DNA from: Ginglymostoma cirratum
Lineage: Eukaryota
Reading direction: 5' to 3'
Length of the DNA: 64,000 nucleotides
NCBI GenBank assembly: GCA_024137785.1
Contig: JAHRHZ010000019.1
Coordinates: 47,517,835 to 47,581,834 of the forward strand
Shown here: positions 50,623-61,128 of the stretch, one piece after another
Layout: every line of letters starts with the position of its first letter
Numbering within the stretch: position 1 is the first letter of the stretch
The notes under the pieces: generated by a model
What the model was told of the DNA's origin: nothing
Database searches by the model: none
What the model saw: only the letters and a program-made list of their open reading frames with translations
Program-made: the position numbers and the translations under genes

Positions 50623-51224
50623 GCTAACAANNNNNNNNNNNNNNNNNNNNNNNNNNNNNNNNNNNNNNNNNNNNNNNNNNNNNNNNNNNNNNNNNNNNNN
50701 NNNNNNNNNNNNNNNNNNNNNNNNNNNNNNNNNNNNNNNNNNNNNNNNNNNNNNNNNNNNNNNNNNNNNNNNNNNNNNNNNNNNNNNNNNNNNNNNNNNN
50801 NNNNNNNNNNNNNNNNNNNNNNNNNNNNNNNNNNNNNNNNNNNNNNNNNNNNNNNNNNNNNNNNNNNNNNNNNNNNNNNNNNNNNNNNNNNNNNNNNNNN
50901 NNNNNNNNNNNNNNNNNNNNNNNNNNNNNNNNNNNNNNNNNNNNNNNNNNNNNNNNNNNNNNNNNNNNNNNNNNNNNNNNNNNNNNNNNNNNNNNNNNNN
51001 NNNNNNNNNNNNNNNNNNNNNNNNNNNNNNGTGTAGAGCTGGATGAACACAGCAGGCAAGCAGCATCAGAGGAGCAGGAAGGCTGATGTTTTGGGCAGAA
51101 GGGTCTAGGCCCAAAGCGTTAGCCTTCCTGCTCCTCTGATGCTGCTTGGCCTGCTGTGTTCATCCAGCTCTACACCTTGTTATCTCAGGTTCTCCAGCAT
51201 CTGCAGTTCCTACCATCTCTGAAA
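50623..51224. mobile_element. Short Penelope-derived hairpin element spanning an assembly gap
   Basis: CAGATTTATTTCAGG is duplicated at 50608-50622 and 51225-51239. Same family as 22218-22392. Confidence 0.8.
50631..51030. other. Assembly gap (400 N)
   Basis: Run of N. Confidence 1.
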
Positions 51225-51499
51225 CAGATTTATTTCAGGAACAGGAAATCTAGCATAGTACAGGGTCAGGTCCTGCAGAAAACAGAGGAAAGGAAACATA
51301 ATACAGGGTCAGAGGACCCACGTGGTGATGATAATCCAGACAATGAGGTCAGGAACTCGCAAGGATACAGAGAAGCTACAGTAAGCTCAGGGTCCCACAA
51401 GGTAAAAGACTATGAAAAGAGTCCAGAACACAGATGTACAGGGAAGCAAAAAAAGCAGTTAATATAGGATCAAGGACCCATGAGAGAGACAGTGAGGAA

Positions 51500-53164
51500 G
51501 TAGTAAGTTTGAAGCAAACAATAGGAAAATGGCAGTGTCCAGAATGGAAAATATACCAAGTAAGTACCAAAATAAGAAGTGGCCCAGGTAGGTCAACCAT
51601 TGCAGTGAGCAAATAACGGGTTGAGGACCCATGGGACAGAAATGCTGGGAGGTGGCACGGAAAGCTGAAAAGAAGTATGCTTTAAAACTCAGCAAGACAA
51701 TAATGATAGCTGCATGGAGCAGTTGAGAGGTAGACAATGGGAGAAAGTGAAGCTAAGTAAGGAGTTGGAGGAAGTGAATCAGGAACTGGAGAAAGTAAAG
51801 ATCAAAGCAGTACAGCAAGACCAGAGGAGCCAGACGGATCTGGTACACTTGGGACAGTTTCAGACCCAGTATGATAGACCGTACCAGGAGGAACAGCACA
51901 TGGTCTGTGATCGGGACGCAGACTAAAGAGCGGTTAATGAGCTGAATGAGAAATACAAAAACTGACAGGTTGTGCTCAGAGTCCTGCACCAGACAGACAA
52001 AGAAAACAGAACTGCATTGTGGACCTTTTGAAATACCAGCGCAAGCTTGAAAAATTTAAAGTCCCAACTTTCCATGCAAAGGGAAATAATATGCAAGTTT
52101 GGGACAATAAGATGGGAACAGCAAATATGGGATAGACTGGAAGCAAATGGAAGAATATATGTCTGTATTCTGAGAGTGGTGATATTGGGGACCCCCTTTC
52201 TGGTGGGAGAAAATCCTTTGGCACCCCAGGATCTTACACTGCCTCAATGAACGCAATGGCCACAACTCATCAGGATGGCCAGAATAATAATCCAATTACT
52301 TATACAATCCCATTTACAATGGCACAATTGCTGATGATAGCAAAAAATATTTTATTGACTGCACCCACCAAAAAAGGGTTCTCCACAGGCTTGACAATGT
52401 CAAGGAAGTAAAATGAATATTAATGTGCCTGAGCCCCACAATCCATTCTGCAATATCCAATCCTCAGAATGTGGGAGGAGGGGACCCGCAGGCTATGAAA
52501 ACAATAGGGGAGACCCCAAGGAAGGATGAAGTAAGTGTACACAGTTAAAAGGACAGCACCCAACTGCATTTGCTTGGTGCCTGTGGTCACTGTTCACAGA
52601 CTGTACTGACACTCCAAAACAGGGTAAATTGGCAACTGAGACATCAAGGAAATCCTGTGAGAATGTTGATTTCACAAACAACACCCACACAGAACAATGG
52701 GTGATAAAGACGATAGCCTGCGCTTGGGAGGAAGAGATTCTTGAATCAGAGCACCCCAAATCAGGCAAGGGAGAAAAGCACCCAGTAGAAGTCCCAAACC
52801 CCAGTCCTGCATGGAGGAACAAAGGGGGTGACCAAAACAAGGGGAGTTATTATTGGAGCCATCCACTTCCGTATGCCTGCAGTGACAGATAGGGATCAGC
52901 AGTGGAGAGGTCCAGGGCACCAGCTGCTACTGCAAAGGAAATGCTACAACTGGGGAGACACAGACCACTTCAAAAGGGACTGCAGGATACCCAGGCAGCT
53001 AGCACTGTCACAGGAGCCAGGCTCAAGACCCCAGTCCATACTGCTGTAAAGACCAAAGAGGAAACAGCAGTTAATTTTGTAGGGGAGATCATGTAATCAA
53101 AATTAGTGAACAAAATCCTACTAACTCCTTACACACCCAGTTGGATACACTCTCCAAAGAGTGA
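51500..53164 (+). pseudogene. gag: gag pseudogene (coiled coil, MHR-like motif, CCHC knuckle)
   Basis: KLSKELEEVNQELEKVKIK coiled coil; CTQLKGQHPTAFAWCLW (about 52536-52590); CYNWGDTDHFKRDC at 52942-52983 (C-X2-[C>W]-X4-H-X4-C); probable terminal TGA at 53162. The 5' boundary is uncertain. Confidence 0.75.
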
Positions 53165-53569
53165 CGGAGCCGTGCCCCTCCTCAGTGGGTGGCCTCAGTG
53201 GCTTCTGCTCACACCCAACGAGGCATCCTCTCTGCCTGGCATGGAGGCATGGCCTCAGCATGGACTTCTGGTCTCAAGGTGATTCCAAAGTGATGTCCCA
53301 GCCTCATGAAGCCTGAGGTGAATCCTGGTGAGATCTAGAGTCAAGGCCAAGTGCGGACTCGAGGCTAGGTGCCAGCATGGACAGGGTCGGAAGACTGTTG
53401 TGCTGAACAATTTTTTTTCACCATTTTATAGGTTATTCCTAAAATCTGCAATGCTGAACTTTATACTTCTCTATTTTTCTAAGAACTGTAACTGAAGAAG
53501 CTGTACCTGGGGACCTTTTGACTAAGATGGTACCATAAGCGGCGACTTATACACTTTTTACTGTACTCA

Positions 53570-54613
53570 GCAGACGGGAGAGGGGGAGGCATCACTTTGG
53601 TACATACATTAGAGCCTGGAACCAGTCACCTGCACTGAGTATTGGATCGTCATGGGCCTGGTATCAAGGAGCAGCAGCAGTAGCCAGGTCAGTGGCACTA
53701 TGACTGGCTCTGGGGCACACCAGGAAAGGGTAAAGGTAAACAGAACCTTAGTGATAGAAGACTCGATAGTTAGGGGGACAGACAGGAGATTCTGCGGCTG
53801 CAGATGGAAGTCCAAGATGGTGTGTTGCTTCCTGGGAGCAGGATCCTGGATGTCTCGGAGCACCTGCAGAACGTTCTCAAGGGGGAGGGTGAGCAGCCAG
53901 AAGTCATTGTGCACATTGGCACAAATGACATAGGCAGAAATAGGGATGGGGTCTTGAGGAGTAATTATAGAGAGCTAGGAAAAAAATTAAAAACCAGGAC
54001 CTTGACGGCGGTAATCTCTGGATTACTTCCAGTGCCACGTGCTACTGAGGTTAAGAATAGAAGGATATGGCAGATGAATGCGTGGCTAAAGAATTGGTGC
54101 ATGGGACAGGGATTCAAATTCCTGGATCATTGGGATCTTTTCTGGGGCAGAGGTGACCTGTTCAAGAGGGACGGGTTGCACCTGAAATGGACGGGGACCA
54201 ATATCCTGGCAGGCAGATTTGCTAGTGCTGCAAGGGAGGGTTTAAACTAGATTGGCGGTGGCGGGTTTTGGTGGGGGAGGTTGGTGGGATTCTCAACAAG
54301 AGGAAGGCAAGTGTGATGGTAGAAGGAAATACAGTAATTAGAAATAGCAAGTTTAAGAGACAGGTCAGGCTGGAACAGGACAGGAAGCGAGGAATGCCTG
54401 TTGGATTAAATTGCGTCTATTGAGTGCAAGAGGACTGGCAGATAAGACCCATGAACTCAGGGTGTGGATAGGTATGTGGGACTGGGATATTATACCCATT
54501 ACAGAAACATGGCTAAGGGAGGGATAGGATTGGCAGCAGAATGTGTCAGGGTACAGGTGCTTTAGGCAGGACAGAGGTAGAGAAAAGGGGGAGGCGGAGT
54601 TGCATTTTTGATT
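53570..54613 (+). mobile_element. CR1 5' fragment: ORF1 SGNH esterase plus start of ORF2 APE, lying inside the provirus
   Basis: VIEDSIVRG, VIVHIGTNDIGR and KRDGLHL (frameshifted SGNH blocks), then CVY.SARGL.DK..EL, DIIPITETWL and GGGVAFLI. Confidence 0.9.
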
Positions 54614-54830
54614 AAGCAAAGAAAAGTGTACTTTGATGTGAAGGTGAACTCAGTAAAATACAAGATAGGGCAGCAAATGATATTGCAAAGTTTCCAGCCA
54701 GGAACATTTCTATCTCTGAGATATTCAGGTCTCCATTTGTAGGGGACAAGGCCAGCCAGTCCATGTACAGAATTTTGCTAGATTCAGGATGGTACCCCAT
54801 TAATTAGTTAAAGGCCTACACAGCCCAAGG
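54614..54830 (+). pseudogene. pol: Integrase C-terminal (GPY/F, SH3-like) remnant of pol
   Basis: KQRKVYFDVKVNSVKYKIGQQMIL...FLSLRYSG / DKASQSMYRI..GWYPIN*LKAY, the typical K.YFD..GQ.V..Y.GP..W.H.NQLK pattern. Confidence 0.7.
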
Positions 54831-55176
54831 CAATAGCCACCAACTCCATGTGTTTATTAGGGAATTGGGGGAAGCAGACCCCAAACCGAGTCCTCATCCA
54901 GACCCCGGACCAGTCACTGGTTCAAACGCAATCCAAATTCCCGATCCTGATCCAGATCCAGTCCCACTTACCAACCCAGTCAAGGATCCTCGACCATCCC
55001 TGGATACTGTCCTTCCTGAGGCCTCATCTTTGGGAACTGAACCACAGCTGGTCTCACCAATTCAGGCCAGAAGAGGCAGGCCTCGAAGTGATTGTGATGG
55101 TTAGAGACAGGTATCCAAATTTGGTCAGATATTATAGAAGGATAGTAACAGAGGCCATCTTGATCCTGCCTCCAGG

Positions 55177-56993
55177 ATGATGACATATAGCCTGTTGGTC
55201 TACATCATCAGCTGGATTGCCAGGATACAATCATCAGAAGCTTTAATTAGGCAAGTGTATACATACCCCAGCTCTATGTGGTTTGTCCCACCGGAGGCAA
55301 GTGAATATGAAGATGGTATTTTGTGGATCTATCCCAACGAATCCATGACATTTGCGTGTGAAATCTAGCCAGTTGTGCATGGGAAGACAAATAGGAGCTC
55401 AGATTATTGCTGCCTGAGCACAGACACCATAGTGGCTGGTGGGGTTTTTCCACAAACAGATATGCAGAAATGGGAGGTTTGGCTACTGGCTCAAAGAAAG
55501 GGCATGAAATTGGGCAATGATGCTCTGGAAAGGTCATGAGCGGTGCTATGTCCCATATGAAGTTAGAAATGGACTAAAACCAGCCTGAAGTGCACCCCTA
55601 CACATTTGTTCAAAGACTACACGAGACCACAAAATAAGGTTGTTTTAAAACACACGGGCAAAACGCTGAACAACAACATACATGACAAATTGGTACGAGT
55701 GGTATTAGACTTAGCCAGAACCCAGGTGCTCTTCCCCGCTTCAGAAATTATACTTGCATTTGATCTATCGGCTATTAAAATGGAGAAGGAGGGATTGACA
55801 CAGAGAGGCAAGACCCAGGCCAGTAGGGCATAGTAAAAGAGATTTGTTGAATGATTTGACATTTACGGAGCAGGAGTGACCACAGTCAGTATGCTTGATT
55901 TGGCTAATTTGGATCATCAGCTCAGACCTTTAACCCAGCAAGTAAAACACACCTTGGATAAAATTAACTTGGACAGTCAGCAGCTGCCGAGGAGGTGAAT
56001 AAAAGAAAATCAGGCAGACCAACACTTGGTAATGGTGCTAGAAGGACATGCCAGGTCCATAAACAAGACCATCTGGGGAAAGATGGGGAAAGATGACAAC
56101 AGGCAATAGAATATGACCATGTGCAAAATCTATGGCCAGTGGATGATCAAACAGTTGAGGCAGAATGTCGAGCAAGATAAGCGAGGACAGATCCCATCTT
56201 AGATCAGTGATGAGCAGATAGAGCACTTGTTCCATGCAAAGAGGAGCCCCAGTATTTCAAATTGTTGATTACAACAACTGACCAGGGTTTGGTTTAACAA
56301 CAATTGTAAGGGGACCCCAGGAAAGGCCATATGGATGGTACTGAGGACCTGACCATAACACCAAATCAAAGTGGCTTACAAGTCTTCGAGGTGGAAAATG
56401 TCAGCATTACTTGAAAAGGAGTGTGGTTAGAATATGATAGCACCCTTCCATACCCTGTTGAGAAAGAGGAAGGACTCGTAGGTGCCCCACTGGATAAATG
56501 TAAGCAGACCAAGAGGTAATTCTGTGCCCTTATATTCAAATGAATGTGCTTTGTGAAATTTATGGACAAATGCCATTTTAAATTGTGCTGTAGACATCTG
56601 AAGCCTGAACACAGATATCCACAGGAGGAGGGAGATCTTTGTCAATGTCAGTGATAAGCTCAGACAAACTTTAGGGCATGACTTGTAGGAGTACAACACT
56701 GGCATTGAACTCATACCAGAAAAATTACAACAGGCCCAAACACTATTGGCAAATGCACTGTTATTCAGCAGACAGAGCAAATTCAAAGAATACCAGGAAA
56801 ATCAAAGTATCTCATTGATAGGATAACTTCTGGGATTGGGACACAAATGTGCAGTTATGTATGTCTCCTATCACACCTGGCTGTTTTGTTCATCCTGTTT
56901 ACTTTGATCCAACTCACCATCCTCACAGTTAAATTCATCCGCTGGAAGAAGGAACTCATGCAGAAACTAACCATGGACTGTATGTTCCTATAG
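55177..56993 (+). pseudogene. env: env pseudogene (signal peptide, cleavage site, fusion peptide and heptad, TM anchor)
   Basis: MMTYSLLVYIISWIARIQS signal; HSKR|DLLNDL at 55829-55858; IYGAGVTTVSMLDLANLDHQLRPLTQQVKHTL; CKIYGQWMIKQL..GQIPS; and TM LLSHLAVLFILFTLIQLTILTVKFIRWKK with TAG at 56991-56993. Multiple stops and frameshifts. Confidence 0.75.
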
Positions 56994-57359
56994 TGAGTGC
57001 CAAGATATTAATGACACCAAACTGCAATGTAAAAGAACTGTGTAATTTGTTGTGTAGTATGCATTTTACTCTATTGAATGCTATTAATCACCAAAGAGGT
57101 TTAAGGGTCAGCCAATGTACGTAAATAGTGGATAATTTTCAATTTGTGTATTAAGGTATTTGTATATAGGGCTACTAGGCTTATTGATGTGTGTCAGGAC
57201 GATAGTTAGTGTACAGGATATTATTGCTTATGTACACTGGGGAACCCAGGTACACAGGGAGTTGGGCTAACCATCTGATTCTTGATATCGGCCTGCACTA
57301 GAGTGTGGTCTGACCCTATGGTCCCATTTTCACTAGGCACTTCAAGGGATCAACACGAG

Positions 57360-58811
57360 TATGACAAGACTGTGCCTTTAAAAGAGAGGTATTCTGTGCT
57401 GTTTCTCAGAGGGGTGTTGCCACCATGGTGCCAGAATGTCTTCTTCAGTTAGGCAGATGATAAACAGCTTTTGCGTTTTCCTTGGATTTTTTTTTTCAAA
57501 AATGTGACAAAAGAATCAAGAGGGGGCAATGTCAGGGCTCACCCGGACCCAGGAAGGCTTTCAGCTTTGTTTTCACAGAGTCATAGAATCATAGAGCACG
57601 AAAACAGACCCTTCAGTCCATCTGGTCCACACCGACCATGTTCCCAAACTAAACTAGTCCCACTTGCCTGCATTTGGTCCATATCCCTTCAAACCTTTCC
57701 TATTCATATACTTATCCAAACATCTTTTAAATATTGTAACTGTACCTGCGTCCATCACTTCCTCTGGCAATTCATTCCACATGCTAACCACTCTGTGTGT
57801 AAAAGGTTGCCCCCCAGGTCCTTTCTAAATCTTTCTCCTCTCACCTTAAAAATATGCCCCCTAGTTTTGAACTCCCCCAACCTAAGAGAAAGACCATTGC
57901 TATTCACTTTATCTATGTCCTTCATGATTTTATAAACCACTATAAGGTCACCCCTCAACTTTCTACGTTCCAGTGAGAAGTCCTAGCCTATTCAGCCTAT
58001 TTTTATAATTCAAACCCTCCATTCCTAGCAACAAACTCCTAAATCTTTTCTGAACCCTCTCCAGTTTAATAATATTCTTCCTATAACAGGGCGACCAGAA
58101 CTATACACAGTACTCCAGAAGTGGCCCGACCAACATCGTACAACCCCAACATGGCGTCCCAACTCCTATACTCAAAGGTTTCAGCAATGAAGGCAAGCAT
58201 ATTAAATGCCTTCTCAACTGCTCTATCTTTCTGTGACGCAGATTTCAAAGAATTATATACCTGAACCCCTTGGTCTCTCTTTTCTGCAACACTACCCGGG
58301 GCCTTGCCGTTAGTTGTATAAGTCCTGCCCTAGTTTGTTTTACCAAAATGCAATACAGTTAGTGGAAGGTTCCTGCTAGTTTCCTGTTGGAACTGAAAGC
58401 TTGAGTTCTCTGCTGCTTAGACAGCAAGGCTTCCTGTTAAAAATAAAAAGGGGTAGATTGTTTCTTTCTTCTGGACAGAAGAGAGACAGCACATGGGAAT
58501 CATAGCTGTTTTGCTAAATTGCATTTTTGCCAAAATGTGCACTTATGGGCTGCTGCCTATATTGGAACAGTTGATGATTAGTGGTTGAATAATACATTAC
58601 CTTGTTAATTATTTCCATGGAGTTAAAGTTATACCTTTTTTTGTATTTTACTGTGTTGAAAGGATAAGGTGTGTTTTGATCAAAGCCTAGTGATGGACCA
58701 ATCAAATAAAATCTGGAGCACAACACCTTACACTACAAAAGTTATGGACTAGACTATCTCCTTATAATACTTTGGTAAGTGGAGGGGTGTGCTCTGGTCT
58801 GGTCCAAATCA
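57360..58811 (+). mobile_element. Probable solo LTR of a different family inserted just before the 3' LTR, itself interrupted by CR1
   Basis: Not similar to the 5' LTR. Starts TATGACAAGACTGTGCCTTTA (or TG at 57530 after a purine tract), contains AATAAA and ends GGTCTGGTCCAAATCA. Confidence 0.45.
57578..58357 (-). mobile_element. CR1 (HER1-like) 3' end
   Basis: RGDLIVVYKIMKDIDKV..FKTRGHIFKVRGERF and a gagtcatagaatcatag tail. Confidence 0.92.
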
Positions 58812-58819
58812 GGATGCTC

Positions 58820-59597
58820 TGTGGTCAAGGAACTATGGGCCCCGAAATTGGACATTCTAAATTGCCCCACAGTCAGAGATTTCAAGCCTGGCAAAATTGG
58901 CCAAACTAAATTAAACAGCAATGATTAGATATATGCTACAGATAACAGTGAAAACCAAGATCAAAGAAGTTACAAAGGTTCAAGGGGTAACCAATTACAA
59001 CCAGCCTGAGGGTTGTATATTGGAGAAATATCGATCAGGCATTCTGGCATTTTGACTGTCTGAGTGCACTTTACACCTCCAAGCATGGTAATAGTGAAGG
59101 GTGTTGGCATGAACCTAGTGGACGATTTGAACCCCATTTGCCAAAGGCCACAGAACATTCTGGAATGTCTGGTGCAAGAGGGATAAAAACTGATACACAC
59201 ACCTGGAAACCAGCCACTCAGTGAAGAGTCAGTGAAGACTTGCAGCAAAATTCACAGTAGAAGATGATGCAGCAACCTAAGATTCCCAGGAGAAGATCTG
59301 GCCTGACCTGTGAGACCCATCTTTGTGGAAGAAGCCAGTCCTACATTGTACAGGAAGGTGATTTCAAAAGCTCAGCTCAAACACATGGATCATTGCAGGC
59401 AATATACTTTCTCAGACAGCGAGAGTAAATATTGTGAGAATTTAGGAAATACTCATATAAAGAATATTTTGTTAATAAAATCACGGCTGAACCGCAAACC
59501 GAATTTTGTGCCCCTTTGTCTACCTCAACAATATAGGCACTTGAGTTAACTGTTTTTATTACATAAACCAGTCAAAATATCCAAAGCACAGACAGCA
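58820..59597 (+). repeat. 3' LTR
   Basis: Starts TGTGGTCAAG, has AATAAA near 59474, ends CCAAAGCACAGACAGCA and is followed by the GTAC TSD. Confidence 0.9.
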
Positions 59598-59779
59598 GTA
59601 CAAAGATATGGGCAACACTGACAGGGAGAAACATTTCCCCTTAGTAGAGAGGTGAATAACTAGGGGCCGCTGTTTTAGGGTGTGGAGCAGAAAGGGTGGA
59701 GGGGATTTGAGGAAAATATTTTTGCCCTGACAGTCGTGGATATTTGGAACTCATGCCTAAAACGGTGTAGGAGGTGTGA

Positions 59780-59949
59780 CAAAGTCAGAAATCACACAAC
59801 TCCAGGTTGTAGTCCAACAGGTTTATTTGGAATCACACAAGCTTTTGGACCGCAGCCCCTTCATCTGGTGCAGTCTGTTGTACTATAACCTGGATTCATG
59901 TGACTTCTGACTTTGTCCACTCCAATCCAACACTGGCACCTCCACATCA
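59780..59949. mobile_element. Short Penelope-derived hairpin element with 12-bp TSD
   Basis: TAGGAGGTGTGA lies at 59768-59779 and 59950-59961. Inverted arms of the same pLTR as 11130-11180. Confidence 0.8.
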
Positions 59950-60551
59950 TAGGAGGTGTGAAGCTTAAGTCATCTAAAAACTATTTAGGTGAGTACTTGT
60001 ATCACCATAGTATACAAGGTTATGGGCCAAGAGCTGGAAAATGGGATTAGAATATAAAGGACTTGATGACTGGCACAGAGACATGGGTCAAAGGACCTTT
60101 CACTGTGCTGTAAAAACTCTCTATGACTCTGTAACAGAATTATTTGATTCATTTAAGGATTTAGCATGTTCAACAAATTGGTCTTCGCCTGTCTCTAATT
60201 TAAATTTCTCTGGTCGATTTTAAGGGGGTTACTTTACAGTGTGCTTCAAAGCATGATTGCATAACGTATTAGCTTTATTCTCAAGTGTTTGTGTCTAAAT
60301 TTCACAATGTTTAGAATCAGTACATTTAGCTGACAAATCAAACACAATAAAATTTAATCACTGTACTAATCAGTCATATTCTAATAAAATATTACTTCTA
60401 AATATCTTTTTAAATACGAAGTATTAATTCAATCTCCATTCTATTGATTAAATATCACAAGAATCCAGTAAGTACCTTCGTGTAAAGAGAATGCAAATTG
60501 ACTAATCAACTGTGGAGATTAGTCTGCCCAAATTTGCAATGAATATTATGG

Positions 60552-61128
60552 ATTCATAGAGTCATACAGCATAGAACAGACCCTTCTGTCCAACTAGTCC
60601 ATGCTGACCAAGTTTCCCAAACTAAATTAGTCCCACTTGCCTGCATTTGGCCCATATCCCTCTAAACCTTTCCTATTCATGTACCTATCCAAATGTCTTT
60701 TAAATGTTGTAACTGTACATGCACCTACAACTTCCTGGTAGTTCCTTCCACATATGAACCATCCCTTGTGTGAAAAAGTTGCCCCTCAGGTTCCTTTAAA
60801 ATCTTTCTCCTCTCACTTTAAAAATATGCCCCTAATTTTGAACTCCCACCCCCCCCTCCCTACGGAAAAGACTTTTGCTATTTATCTTATTAATGCCTCT
60901 CATGATTTTATAAACTTCTATCCTCAACCTCCGACACTCCAGTGAAATATCTCAGCCTATCCAGCCTATCTTTATAACTCAAACCCTCCAGTCCCAGCAA
61001 ATCCTGGCATATCTTTTCTGAACCCTTTCCAATTTAATAATATCCCTCTTATATCAAGGCGACCAGAACTGTACACAGTACTCCAGAAGAGGCCTCACCA
61101 ACATCCTGTACCAACCTCAACATGACGT
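60552..61128 (-). mobile_element. CR1 (HER1-like) 3' end
   Basis: Close paralogue of 57578-58160, with an attcatagagtcatacagc tail. Confidence 0.9.

Larger units (their letters stand above)
49624..59597 (+). mobile_element. Decayed env-bearing LTR retroelement or endogenous retrovirus (provirus)
   Basis: Paired LTRs TG..CA, 4-bp TSD GTAC (49620-49623 and 59598-59601), PBS, gag, integrase C-terminus and env in retroviral order. Confidence 0.88.
49571..60130 (+). mobile_element. CR1 3' end split by the LTR element (49571-49623 and 59598-60130)
   Basis: LFSLEQRRLRWDLTEVY at 49573-49623 resumes with GTACAAAGATATG...ttccccttagtagag after 59597. Ends in a ctctatgactct tail. Confidence 0.85.

Noticed and set aside
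50551-51114. Long ORFs in the ORF track
   Set aside because: Artefacts of the N gap.
53804-54250. 148-aa SGNH hydrolase ORF as a host or domesticated gene
   Set aside because: The N-terminal GDS block is mutated (EDS) and in another frame, and the ORF is followed by CR1 APE sequence. It is CR1 ORF1.
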